IMG/VR virus record: IMGVR_UViG_3300017917_001839 | Coordinates: 1-64,000 of that record | DNA length: 64,000 nt | From: a virus | Direction: 5' to 3' (one strand) | Part shown: positions 36,750 through 46,436 of the stretch, one piece after another | Position numbering within the stretch: the stretch's first letter is position 1 | Layout: the number at the start of each line of letters is the position of its first letter | Position numbers and translations under genes: made by a program | Notes under the pieces: model-generated | Seen by the model: only the letters and a program-made list of their open reading frames with translations | Database searches by the model: none | Told to the model about the DNA's origin: nothing

Positions 36750-39700
36750 AATCGTTTATCCTTGATAATGCTTCTACGTCATTGCGGTTAGCCTGTGCAT
36801 AAGCACGACCTTCTTCTGCGCCTCGTATAGCTTCTTGTCTAAAGAAAGCTGTTGGTAGAGGTTGTAACCAGCCCTCTAATCTTTCTTGACTCTCAGTATC
36901 ATCCTTTAGTGCGAGCTTAACACACTCTCGGAATGCACTACGCCATGTGCTATAACCGTCGCTGTTAAATTTAGTTATACAACTTACTTCGGGCATTGAT
37001 TTGAATCTGGTACTTAGTCCTGTGGTAAAGTCTAATCCCCAACTCGTAGCGTCAAGTACTTGTTCGCGATTGAACAGTTTAACACCACCATAACCATATT
37101 CTTGTCCAGTTACTGGGTTACGGCTAGCCCAAACGTGTACTACTTCTTGGTCGTAAACGTCTGGTATGTAATCAAAGTTAAATGTATCTTCAATCCATGC
37201 ATCAGCATCTACTACCCAAAACATCTTGCTGTTAACGCTACTAGCAGCCTCTTTGTGCGCTTCAAATATACCTGCTATATCTTTTACCCAGGTAGCAGGG
37301 AAACGTGCTGTAAGACGCTTATATGTGTTCTCAGCACCCGGTTCGTGGTAAGATAGGAACACAATATCGTAAGGTTTATAAGTTGAGCCAGGTGCTTTTA
37401 CATATTGTATATTTTTGATCTTATTTAGACGTAAGCTGTCTGTGGTTACTTCTCTGTAGTCGCGAGCAGTTGGCCATAATCTTAATCCGCCGTAGCTGTG
37501 TGTTTTACCAGTGTGCGGATTTAAACGCTGCCATACATGCACACGATCAATATCAGTTAGTGATGGAAGGTAACCTGCGTCCAGAACGCTAGTATCTACA
37601 CTAACATCAGGGTCGACAGTCCACAGGAATGGTATCCCCTGATTAACGGATTCCTGTAGAGCATTCACCAGTTCAGCTTTTGTGACATCACTGAGATGTA
37701 CTACTGGCCAACGTGGACGCAAGCTACCTACAGTATTTATTTGCTTTAGCTTGTCAAAACTGTTATTGGCTATATCTTCTAGTGTATATGTCTTAGCAAA
37801 TGTTCCCCGAGGATACAGTCGTATATTTCTATATGCGCCATCTTCATCAGCAAACACATGAACGTTTTGTTGATCCCATTGTGTAGGATAGTAATCAAAC
37901 TTAAACGTATCATTTACTTGTGTAAAAGGATCCACAACCCAATACATGGAATTCGTCACAGTACTGTCTATGTGTGTAAGTTGTTCAACGATATCAAGTT
38001 GTGGATCTAAATAAAATACAGGAAACTCTTTTTGTGTACACGCGGCTTCGCGAATGTACTTAGGGCGTCCTTTGGCTTGTGGTACCTTAGGGCATAGCAT
38101 AACGCCAGCATAGTCGTATTGACGTCCGGTAACAGGATTTAGTTTTTGCCATACGTGTGTCTTACCAGCGTCCCAAACCTTAGGTACATAATCTAGCTTA
38201 AAGTCAGGCAATAGTTCTACGTTAGGATCTACTACCCAGAACCAACCGGTAGTAGCTTTAGCTCGTCCTGTTTCTTCATCGGGGTATACATCAAATGTTA
38301 GGTTGTCACCAAATGGTGTGATATCATGTATCTTAGTTTTGGCGCCGCGCCAGTTTGCAGGAACCCAGTACACACCACCCATTGCTTCTGGATACTTGTG
38401 CTCTAGCTGTCCTCTAACTTGGTATACATGTACCATGTTCTTTTCTGTTTCGTTCTGCCATGGTATTACTGAAATGTTTTCATTCAATACATATTCTTTA
38501 TCTACTAACCAGCAGTCTTCTGTAACAGTGCTAAAATCTTTAGGATCGTCTACAAAGTATACAGGATACCCATTGCCAGTTAACAATAACGGCTTGTCTT
38601 GAACTTTAAGCTGTGCATTGCTACGATCAGCTGGATACCAATAAAGGCCGCCCATGCTTTCAGTATACTTGCTGGTTAACTGACCATACACATGGAACAC
38701 ATGTATCTTGTCACGATCGTATTCTGGTGGTACCCAGTTAATAGGTGGCTTGATTCTATACAGCGAGTCTGCTACCCAACAGTTTTCATAAGTGTCGGGT
38801 GCTACTGTAGGATCGTCTGCAAAGTATACAGGATACTGCTTTTCTACTCGCAGATATTCTTTGTGTATTACATACTCGCCATTCCACTTAGCAGGAACCC
38901 AACGCATACCACCCATTTCAGCAGGATACTTATCGCGTAACTGATTGGCTACATGAAACACATGTATAGCTTCACGTTGGAAGTACGGAGGATTCCAATC
39001 AATAGTTTCGTCTACTTCGTAGCCCTTGTCAATTAGCCAACAATCATTTTTAACCACAGATAGGTCTTCAACATTGCCGACTCGCAGTACAGGATATACT
39101 AGGTTAGTTGTTACTGCATCGTTGTGTATTACATAGTTGCCATCCCAGTCCAGTGGTACCCAACGAACACCACCCATTTCTTCTGGGTACTTGTGTTGTA
39201 GTTGGCCAGGTACGTGGAATGTGTGTATACTGCTACGCTCAAAGCTGTTAGGTGCCCAGTCAATGTCGCTGCTGATTTGATATTCTTTATCTACTAGCCA
39301 GCAGTCTTCAGTTACCTTGCTCAAGTCATCTACGCTGTCTACACGTATTACAGGGAATCGTTTGAACTCAGATTGCAACGAACCCTTGTATTTTATTTGT
39401 GTTTGGCTGTCATAGTTGCGTGGTACAAGATAAACGCCGCCTTCCTTTTCAGGATACTTGTGGCGCAGTTGATTGTTAACTTGATAGTTGAGTATATACT
39501 TCTGCTCATGCTTGGGCACTACCACCTTAAAGTCGTTGCGTAGTTGATACTCGCTGTCAATTACCCAAAACATTTTGGTTGTGCTTTTACGTGCGTAAGT
39601 TTCAAACTGCTTTACATTATTTGCGTAAAAGATATCGTAACGTACAGGCACTACATTGGGCTGATACTTGTGTTTGGTCATATCAAAGTTCTTATTAACC

Positions 39701-40791
39701 AAACGCACACCACCACAACGGTTGTCCCATGGTTGTGTTGCTGTAACTGGATAACGCTCTTCTAGCATACCAGGAACTTTAAACACATGTATGTATTCTT
39801 GCTCGTGGGCAGCAGGAACGTACAATAGTTCACCGTTAAAGTCGTATTCTCTGTCCACTACCCAGAACCAATCAGTCTTGCTACGGTTAGCTAGGTCTGC
39901 GTATGTTTCTTCGTTGAACTCATCATCGCTAATATAAAACACATCATACTTTTCATCCTTAACTGGACAACTAGGATGTATCTTTAGTTCTGCAGATTTC
40001 CAATTGCGTGGTACTAAGCGTATGCCGCCCATTGCTTGTGGATACTTCTCGCCCAACTGATAGGGCATGCGAAAGCTGTGTACGTATTTGCGTTCAAACG
40101 GATTAGGTACCCAATCTAATGTGCTGGGATTGATACTGTGTTCTCGGTCTATCAACCACACGTATTCATCATCAAAAATGTCACGCTGTGCATAATCTTC
40201 GACACTAGTAACTCGCAGAACAGGATATTCAATCCCAGCATCTAGGAATGTGTGATATTTAATTTTAGCAGATTGCCAATCACGTGGATATAGCTTGATA
40301 CCGCCTTCTTTTTCAGGGTACTTGTGTTCCAGCTGATCACGTAAGTGGAAGCTGTGAATAAACGTAGGCTCAAAGTTATCTGGTGCCCAGTCAATGTCGC
40401 TGTTTAGTTTATACTCAGGATCAACACACCATACGTGAGTAGCGTATGGGTGTGTATTAAAGTAATCCAGTGGTGTAGGTGTATGCAGTATGTCAAAGCT
40501 CTTGCGACACACTACACGATTAATCTCTTTGGTGCCTTTAGCACTTACACGTGGTAATAGTTTAACACCACCATAGTTCTTGCTACTCCACTTCCATACA
40601 TGCTCGTATACTTGATCATGATCCGGTGGACGGTATTCAAAAACAGTTAGATCCGTAATTTCAATGTTTGGTTCTACTAGCCAATACATCTTAGTACGTG
40701 AATTAATGCTGTCGTTGGCAGTTACAGGTGTTGCGAACGGCAACGCCTCTTTTAGCTTTGTGTTTTCACCAATGTAGTAAACATCAAACAT
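36715..40791 (-). CDS. 1358-aa protein of 13 tandem glycosyltransferase-like modules
   Basis: Repeating W.(V/I)D...W.P....HVF......KYP..GG..L.P units; last module (WVVDAD, YGGVKLF, FRECVKL) parallels 61301..62299. Confidence 0.7.
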   Translation of the reverse strand: MFDVYYIGENTKLKEALPFATPVTANDSINSRTKMYWLVEPNIEITDLTVFEYRPPDHDQVYEHVWKWSSKNYGGVKLLPRVSAKGTKEINRVVCRKSFDILHTPTPLDYFNTHPYATHVWCVDPEYKLNSDIDWAPDNFEPTFIHSFHLRDQLEHKYPEKEGGIKLYPRDWQSAKIKYHTFLDAGIEYPVLRVTSVEDYAQRDIFDDEYVWLIDREHSINPSTLDWVPNPFERKYVHSFRMPYQLGEKYPQAMGGIRLVPRNWKSAELKIHPSCPVKDEKYDVFYISDDEFNEETYADLANRSKTDWFWVVDREYDFNGELLYVPAAHEQEYIHVFKVPGMLEERYPVTATQPWDNRCGGVRLVNKNFDMTKHKYQPNVVPVRYDIFYANNVKQFETYARKSTTKMFWVIDSEYQLRNDFKVVVPKHEQKYILNYQVNNQLRHKYPEKEGGVYLVPRNYDSQTQIKYKGSLQSEFKRFPVIRVDSVDDLSKVTEDCWLVDKEYQISSDIDWAPNSFERSSIHTFHVPGQLQHKYPEEMGGVRWVPLDWDGNYVIHNDAVTTNLVYPVLRVGNVEDLSVVKNDCWLIDKGYEVDETIDWNPPYFQREAIHVFHVANQLRDKYPAEMGGMRWVPAKWNGEYVIHKEYLRVEKQYPVYFADDPTVAPDTYENCWVADSLYRIKPPINWVPPEYDRDKIHVFHVYGQLTSKYTESMGGLYWYPADRSNAQLKVQDKPLLLTGNGYPVYFVDDPKDFSTVTEDCWLVDKEYVLNENISVIPWQNETEKNMVHVYQVRGQLEHKYPEAMGGVYWVPANWRGAKTKIHDITPFGDNLTFDVYPDEETGRAKATTGWFWVVDPNVELLPDFKLDYVPKVWDAGKTHVWQKLNPVTGRQYDYAGVMLCPKVPQAKGRPKYIREAACTQKEFPVFYLDPQLDIVEQLTHIDSTVTNSMYWVVDPFTQVNDTFKFDYYPTQWDQQNVHVFADEDGAYRNIRLYPRGTFAKTYTLEDIANNSFDKLKQINTVGSLRPRWPVVHLSDVTKAELVNALQESVNQGIPFLWTVDPDVSVDTSVLDAGYLPSLTDIDRVHVWQRLNPHTGKTHSYGGLRLWPTARDYREVTTDSLRLNKIKNIQYVKAPGSTYKPYDIVFLSYHEPGAENTYKRLTARFPATWVKDIAGIFEAHKEAASSVNSKMFWVVDADAWIEDTFNFDYIPDVYDQEVVHVWASRNPVTGQEYGYGGVKLFNREQVLDATSWGLDFTTGLSTRFKSMPEVSCITKFNSDGYSTWRSAFRECVKLALKDDTESQERLEGWLQPLPTAFFRQEAIRGAEEGRAYAQANRNDVEALSRINDYEWLRDRYNQH

Positions 40792-40792
40792 G

Positions 40793-42334
40793 TTAATCCG
40801 CAGTGTGTACCTTTACACCGTAATAGGCTGCAAATGCTTCTGCATCGGCAACTGTGTTAACAATAGGTTGGCCTTTGATATTAAGACTGGTATTAACCAG
40901 CATTGGACAACCAGTTTTATTATAAAACTTAGTTAGTAGTTCGTATAGTCCTGGATGCTGTGTTTTGTTTACTGTTTGTACACGGCTAGTACCGTCTGCG
41001 TGAATAATAGCAGGAAATAGATCTGGGTGACGGCAACGAGCAACAAACTGCATATACGGGCTACTGCTATCTGGTGTAGGCATATCAAAGTAATTGTGTG
41101 CGTGTTCTTCTAGTATGACGGGAGCAAACGGACGGAACTTCTGACGCTGTTTAATGGCGTTCATCCTGTCTTTAATATCACCTCCTCGTGGGTCTGCTAA
41201 TAGGCTACGGTTACCCAGTGCTCTGGGACCAAATTCAGCCCGACCGTTTGCTATCCCAAAGATTTCACCACGCTCTAAAGATTGTAGTGCTTTCTTTACA
41301 GGATACTTACCTGGAATATTGTAACCCAAATAAGGACCCTGCCATTCTACTCTTTTAGCTGTAATATTATAGTAGTGTAATGCTGCCGCGCCTAAGCTAC
41401 TGCCAGCATCGCCTGGATTAGGCATGATATGAATATTTTTAAATATTTCAAACAAACGGCTGTTGGCTACACAGTTAAGTGCAACCCCGCCCATGAACAC
41501 AAGATTATCCGTGCCAACTTCAGTGGCAGCATAACGTGCATAAGATAAAATACGATCTTCAACTACCATCTGCGCTGCCATAGCAATAGTAAACTCGTCG
41601 TAGCCTTCTAGCTCACCGGGAATTAAACCACGCTGTAGATTACATTTGCCTACAATTGACTCGCGTGGATTGGTATGAGGGTGTGTATGCTTAAAGTATC
41701 TACTGGACATAATGTTAGCCAGCTGTGACGCTTTTACAGGATTACCGTATGCTGCCATGCCCATTAAGATATATTCATCTTCGTTGGGCTTAAGCCCAAC
41801 ATAGTGTGTAACTGCACTGTAGAATAAACCTAGACTGCTGGGAAACTTTGTGCTGTGCTTTTTCTTTAACTTACCATTGCGCCAACTCCAGATACTAGCA
41901 GTATCAAACTCGCCAATAGCGTCCAACACCATAACTGCACATTCGTCGAACTCTGATGTTAGTACGCCAGCAGCGGCATGCGTTTCATGATGCAAATATT
42001 GGAATGTGGGAACAAGACCAATCTCGTCTCCGATGATCTGATATGATAGTTCTGGATAAAAGTCTCGTACCCATTGCTGTTGGCTGGGCTCTTTGAGTGC
42101 GCTCCAGTTACCAGCACGAATTAGTCGTAGTTTTTTAAGCCAATTAGTTTCGTGATATGCGATAGCGTCTGGTCTGCCAAATTGCAGTGCATCCGCAATT
42201 AGTTTGCGGTTTAAAAATCTATCGTTTTTATCGCCACTGTAACGCTCCGCGTGAGCAGCAAAAAGAATTTTACCATCTTCTACTACTGCTACACTAGCAT
42301 CGTGAAACATGCTACTGATGCCTAGAATTCTCAT
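40793..42334 (-). CDS. carbamoyltransferase (NodU/CmcH family)
   Basis: HDAS, EERY-like AERY, HHETHA, DAIGE, EYILMGMAAYG, GGVALNC, EFGPRALGNRS, FRPFAP, NTSLN. Confidence 0.95.
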   Translation of the reverse strand: MRILGISSMFHDASVAVVEDGKILFAAHAERYSGDKNDRFLNRKLIADALQFGRPDAIAYHETNWLKKLRLIRAGNWSALKEPSQQQWVRDFYPELSYQIIGDEIGLVPTFQYLHHETHAAAGVLTSEFDECAVMVLDAIGEFDTASIWSWRNGKLKKKHSTKFPSSLGLFYSAVTHYVGLKPNEDEYILMGMAAYGNPVKASQLANIMSSRYFKHTHPHTNPRESIVGKCNLQRGLIPGELEGYDEFTIAMAAQMVVEDRILSYARYAATEVGTDNLVFMGGVALNCVANSRLFEIFKNIHIMPNPGDAGSSLGAAALHYYNITAKRVEWQGPYLGYNIPGKYPVKKALQSLERGEIFGIANGRAEFGPRALGNRSLLADPRGGDIKDRMNAIKQRQKFRPFAPVILEEHAHNYFDMPTPDSSSPYMQFVARCRHPDLFPAIIHADGTSRVQTVNKTQHPGLYELLTKFYNKTGCPMLVNTSLNIKGQPIVNTVADAEAFAAYYGVKVHTAD

Positions 42335-42338
42335 GATA

Positions 42339-42509
42339 TTATCTGTAAATAAATGGGTCGCGCTTGCGTAGTTCTTCTAGCTTCTTTTTAAGCTCTGCTT
42401 CTTCGGCTTCTGTGAGTTCTAAGTTAACATCTGTTGTATTATCTGACGCTGGATGTACATCACCGTGTCCATCAACAAATTGTTTATTGTCTTTATTCTG
42501 CTGGTTCAT
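42339..42509 (-). CDS. 56-aa microprotein ending KRDPFIYR
   Basis: Hand translation MNQQNKDNKQFVDGHG...KKKLEELRKRDPFIYR; stop 4 nt before the carbamoyltransferase ATG. Confidence 0.65.
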   Translation of the reverse strand: MNQQNKDNKQFVDGHGDVHPASDNTTDVNLELTEAEEAELKKKLEELRKRDPFIYR

Positions 42510-42660
42510 CGCTGGGTTCCTGTGGTTCCGCTTCTGCTGTAGCTGGTTTTGCGGCTGCTACTACAGTGGCCGGATCTTCCTTAAAGAAGTAATTGCCTGC
42601 TGCAATAATGCCAACTATGGCTGCTACAAATAATACCTTAGGCAATACGCTCTTAAGCAT
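42493..42660 (-). CDS. 55-aa membrane-anchored microprotein
   Basis: MLKSVLPKVLFVAAIVGIIAAGNYFFKEDPA...; RBS GAGAGGA. Confidence 0.55.
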   Translation of the reverse strand: MLKSVLPKVLFVAAIVGIIAAGNYFFKEDPATVVAAAKPATAEAEPQEPSDEPAE

Positions 42661-43279
42661 ATACTGCTATCCTCTCTGCTTGCATGAATCCTAATAATTC
42701 ATTTGCTATATATTTGTGTACCACCGAGTCAGCATGTTTGGTATTGGAAAAATGACTGGGCATAATACCTAAATATTTTTCAATAATTCCGCTGTGTGGC
42801 ATGTAGTACTTATTCTTATTCATTGCTAGCCACACAGGATGCTGGCAGTCTTTGGGTATGCTGTTAAACATATTGCAATAGACATAGGGTATTTCGCGCT
42901 GTTCCAAATATAACTGTAAGCTATATTGATACACCAGTGTAGACTCTAGACCAAAATTCCAATCAGCTAAGTGTAGATCAGCATAGCGATAGAACTTTTC
43001 TAAGTCAGGATTGCTGCTGGTTTTGTCTAGGGTGTAGTCCTGTACTGTGCCATCAAAACAGAATTCAAAACGCTCGTGTGTGCTCCAGCCAATTACCACG
43101 AGCTCAGGTGAGGGATTAGTTTCCAACCATTCCATTGTTGTTCGCAGTATTCTGTGATTTCCGCCGCCTGGGTGTGCAATATTTGTTACTTGCATGTTTA
43201 ATGCTTCAGCTATATATTCTACATAGTTGCGAGGACTTTCACTGCCTGCTGTATGGCTGCACCCATTTGCAAATATCAT
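42653..43279 (-). CDS. SGNH-hydrolase-like protein
   Basis: ANGCSHTAG, PGGGN..I.R, VIGWS...R.E, C-terminal His. Confidence 0.65.
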   Translation of the reverse strand: MIFANGCSHTAGSESPRNYVEYIAEALNMQVTNIAHPGGGNHRILRTTMEWLETNPSPELVVIGWSTHERFEFCFDGTVQDYTLDKTSSNPDLEKFYRYADLHLADWNFGLESTLVYQYSLQLYLEQREIPYVYCNMFNSIPKDCQHPVWLAMNKNKYYMPHSGIIEKYLGIMPSHFSNTKHADSVVHKYIANELLGFMQAERIAVYA

Positions 43280-44007
43280 AGTCTATCCCTTATATATTCA
43301 ATCAATTCTGCATTGGCCAGTGGGCCTAAATGATTAGGGTGTTCATCACCTACAGGACGGCGCCACCAGGTATGGTCCGGCAGATCGCCTTTGTAATACT
43401 TTGCACACATGCCACTTAAGTAAAACTCTGTGCATAAATGCCCCGTTTCAGGAGCATGGAATTTGTACACACGCGACTGTATGTGTTCTGGCACTTGTTG
43501 AGCAAACTCAGTATCAAAACAATAAAAATGGAACAATTTACTTTTAACATCTTTTAACAAATTGTCAACAGCATTCACGCTCATATTGTATGCATTAAAA
43601 CGTTCATAGTCATTGTATATGTGCATGAAAAACAACTTAGATGCTTCGTGCATTTTAGATTCGTTAATAGGATCGTAATCTGTATAGTGTCGCAATGGCT
43701 TGCCTAGCCCGTCCTTGGATCTTGCATACTGACTCCAAGTGATTATTACTAAATCAGTTTCTGTTAATTTATTGCGAGACAAGAAGTTTGACAATTGCCA
43801 AAACACATCAGACGGGCCAGTGCCCGGGCTGCCCACATGCATAACAGGTGCATCAAGCTGATCAGACAACTCATCTATCCAGCTAATATTAGAACCCCAG
43901 TGCTTGTTGGTCCACGCTTGATAGGCGGTGTCACCAGCATAGTAATTTCTTGAATCTGCTACAAAGCTATCGCCAAAGCACAGTATTCTTTTAATTGTTG
44001 CGCCCAT
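43276..44007 (-). CDS. SGNH-hydrolase-like protein
   Basis: FGDSF, PGTG, ITWS...R, NHL...AN. Confidence 0.6.
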   Translation of the reverse strand: MGATIKRILCFGDSFVADSRNYYAGDTAYQAWTNKHWGSNISWIDELSDQLDAPVMHVGSPGTGPSDVFWQLSNFLSRNKLTETDLVIITWSQYARSKDGLGKPLRHYTDYDPINESKMHEASKLFFMHIYNDYERFNAYNMSVNAVDNLLKDVKSKLFHFYCFDTEFAQQVPEHIQSRVYKFHAPETGHLCTEFYLSGMCAKYYKGDLPDHTWWRRPVGDEHPNHLGPLANAELIEYIRDRL

Positions 44008-45295
44008 ACATCAATTCCCAAAGCTCAGGTATAGCACTGCTCATGCTTTCATTACGCTGTCGGTCCAACATCTGTGTATATTTTTTAAATATGGCCAGTT
44101 GCTGTTCCCAATCCTCATGTCGGTTTTCTTTTAGTGCGCGAATTAATGCGTTAATTGCTTGTAGGTTGCTTTCGCGCTTTACAAGAATCTTACTGGTAGG
44201 AATCCATGCTTCTAATCGTTCCACTGCTACACTACGTACACTATCTGGCAGGTTACGGAAGTCTAGACTGCGCGGATAATCACAGATTAAGAAAGTTAGG
44301 TGTATTTCTCGATTATACTCTTGTTCTAGGCTTTCGCAATAGTCCAATAATTTTGTAATATCTAGAATATTGTATATTTGAATTACAGGACTAAACAACA
44401 AGCTACCAACTACTTTACTAGCACAGTAGCGACGAACGTTTTCATCTGTTTGCGTCCAGTGGCTAGCACCGCGAATATATTCATTTAATTCGCCATAAGC
44501 ATCTACGCTAAAGCACATTAACACTTTCTTAAATTGTTCAACTAGATTAATAAAGCGTGGCTTAATGTTGGTCATGTTGCTGTTAAACACCAATTCAATG
44601 TTTTGTGCAATACCCAATTCCACACACTTTTCTAAGATCCAGTATGTGCGTTCAATTAGTGTAGGTTCGCCGCCGGTAAAGTATAGCTTGTTAACACCGG
44701 GTAACCACTCTTCTACTTGACGTAGGAAGTCTGGATCATCCTGCCATGGAGTAATATGATCAGCAAACTGACCCCAAGTAAAGTGATCCTTAATAAACTG
44801 TGCAGCCATAGGATCGTTTTCTTCTATGCGCTTGTATTCCTTTTGAATCTGACTACTGTTTTGTGGTTGGCACATACGACACTTTAGGTTACATAAATTA
44901 CCCAAGCGGAAGTCCAAATACATAGGTGCTTCTTCTACTACATAGTCGTTGTCAATGCTACGCTCAATGCGTTGCATGATACTTTCGCCATGACCACTAT
45001 ACTCAAACCAGTCGCGTATATAGTTAGTGCGATAGCTAGGGAAGCCCATCTTTTCTAAATCGTAGCAGTGTTCACAGCCTTTTACTGTTTCGCCCTCAAT
45101 CATCTGTTTGCGTATCTTACGCATGTGATTGTTGTTCCACACAGTTTCAATCTTATCTCCGCGATTAAGATCAAACATAGTACCGTCATCGTTTTTAAAA
45201 TTGTCGCGAGCAACACAGCACCAACTAACTGTGCCGGTGGGCTGGGTCATTACGTGTATCCACGGATACGGACAAAAGGTTTTACTGTATTCCAT
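43991..45295 (-). CDS. N-terminal twitch/SPASM radical SAM protein (1 of 9)
   Basis: CPYPW.H..CC..CEHC; CNLKCRMC; TGGEP. Confidence 0.9.
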   Translation of the reverse strand: MEYSKTFCPYPWIHVMTQPTGTVSWCCVARDNFKNDDGTMFDLNRGDKIETVWNNNHMRKIRKQMIEGETVKGCEHCYDLEKMGFPSYRTNYIRDWFEYSGHGESIMQRIERSIDNDYVVEEAPMYLDFRLGNLCNLKCRMCQPQNSSQIQKEYKRIEENDPMAAQFIKDHFTWGQFADHITPWQDDPDFLRQVEEWLPGVNKLYFTGGEPTLIERTYWILEKCVELGIAQNIELVFNSNMTNIKPRFINLVEQFKKVLMCFSVDAYGELNEYIRGASHWTQTDENVRRYCASKVVGSLLFSPVIQIYNILDITKLLDYCESLEQEYNREIHLTFLICDYPRSLDFRNLPDSVRSVAVERLEAWIPTSKILVKRESNLQAINALIRALKENRHEDWEQQLAIFKKYTQMLDRQRNESMSSAIPELWELMYGRNN

Positions 45296-46436
45296 CCCAA
45301 TCTCTCTTAATTAATTCATATAATTCCGGAAATGTTTCCGGTAGTTGTTCGCGTCTATGCTGATCTATACGACGAGTAATAGTTAAAAAGTTCTGCCAAT
45401 CTTCTACTGTATAGTGTTCACCATTCATGAAGTTAAGCGTCTTTTGTACGTATTCAGGCGCATTGTGATACTTTATACTTATGCGTTCCTTGATACGTTT
45501 AGGCAATACTTTAGGCGATATATGGCTGGGTGTAAACACCATGTTATAGTGTATGCGTATACCCGGCAAGTGTTCAGCGCAATAATCAGTAAGCTCGGTC
45601 ATTGTAGCAATATTGAATATGCTGAACGTTTGAAATATACCTAATTCAAAAGTCTCCGGTGGCAACTGTGCAAATAATTTCAAATTATTCACTACAGCAT
45701 CAAAGTCCCCAGGGTAACGTATATAGTGAAAACGCTCGCCTACGTCATCTAAGCTAAAGAATATCTCTACCTTTTTAAACTGCTTCCACAGTTCAATTCT
45801 ATGTTCAGGATAAATGCTGCCGTTGGTATTGTAACTAACAGTAATGTCTTTGCTACGCCCTAGCTCTACTGCACGAGTTAATATATCGTAGTGACGTTCT
45901 ATTAGCAGCGGTTCTCCACCATAGAACTCTAACTTCTCTACTGTGTTTAAATATTGATCAATATCTGTCCAAAACTGTTCGTTGCGTTCGGGCCAACGAC
46001 CCAAATGATTAAACATCAATGCTGTCTTATTATTTGGATTAAGTTTAATCTCTTCTGCGGCCCACTGACTGCTGGCAAAGCTACTGCATATTCTGCACTT
46101 GCTGTTGCAGATGTTACCCAGCTTTAGATCCATACTTTTTATACTGGGTTCTGTATGTGTACCCCAGTACGCTAGTTCACGTAGACGTTTGCTCTGTATG
46201 CCGGCTGCTTCTTCGCGCCAGCAGTTATTACATGCACTGGGCTGTTTATTATCTAAAAAGTCTTGCTGTAGATTAGCCAGCCACTCGCTGTTGCGCACAT
46301 CTGTAAACGTATCGCCCTGCGCTAGATTAAAACTACTGCCATCACTTTTACGTGCGTGATCCTGCATAATACAGCATACGCTCATTGTGCCGTCTGTGCG
46401 AGCTTCAAGGTTAATAAATGGCAGCGGGCAACTCAT
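45282..46436 (-). CDS. N-terminal twitch/SPASM radical SAM protein (2 of 9)
   Basis: CPLPF..CC..CNNC; CNSKCRIC; GGEP; NTNG. Confidence 0.9.
   Translation of the reverse strand: MSCPLPFINLEARTDGTMSVCCIMQDHARKSDGSSFNLAQGDTFTDVRNSEWLANLQQDFLDNKQPSACNNCWREEAAGIQSKRLRELAYWGTHTEPSIKSMDLKLGNICNSKCRICSSFASSQWAAEEIKLNPNNKTALMFNHLGRWPERNEQFWTDIDQYLNTVEKLEFYGGEPLLIERHYDILTRAVELGRSKDITVSYNTNGSIYPEHRIELWKQFKKVEIFFSLDDVGERFHYIRYPGDFDAVVNNLKLFAQLPPETFELGIFQTFSIFNIATMTELTDYCAEHLPGIRIHYNMVFTPSHISPKVLPKRIKERISIKYHNAPEYVQKTLNFMNGEHYTVEDWQNFLTITRRIDQHRREQLPETFPELYELIKRDWDGIQ

Noticed and set aside
36715-40791. Repeats as CRISPR array or DGR template/variable repeats
   Set aside because: Repeats are diverged in-frame protein modules; no identical spacer-separated repeats, cas genes or reverse transcriptase seen
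42339-42660. Microproteins as RiPP precursors for the rSAM array
   Set aside because: No leader/core pattern, RRE, peptidase or exporter evident; context is sugar-modifying
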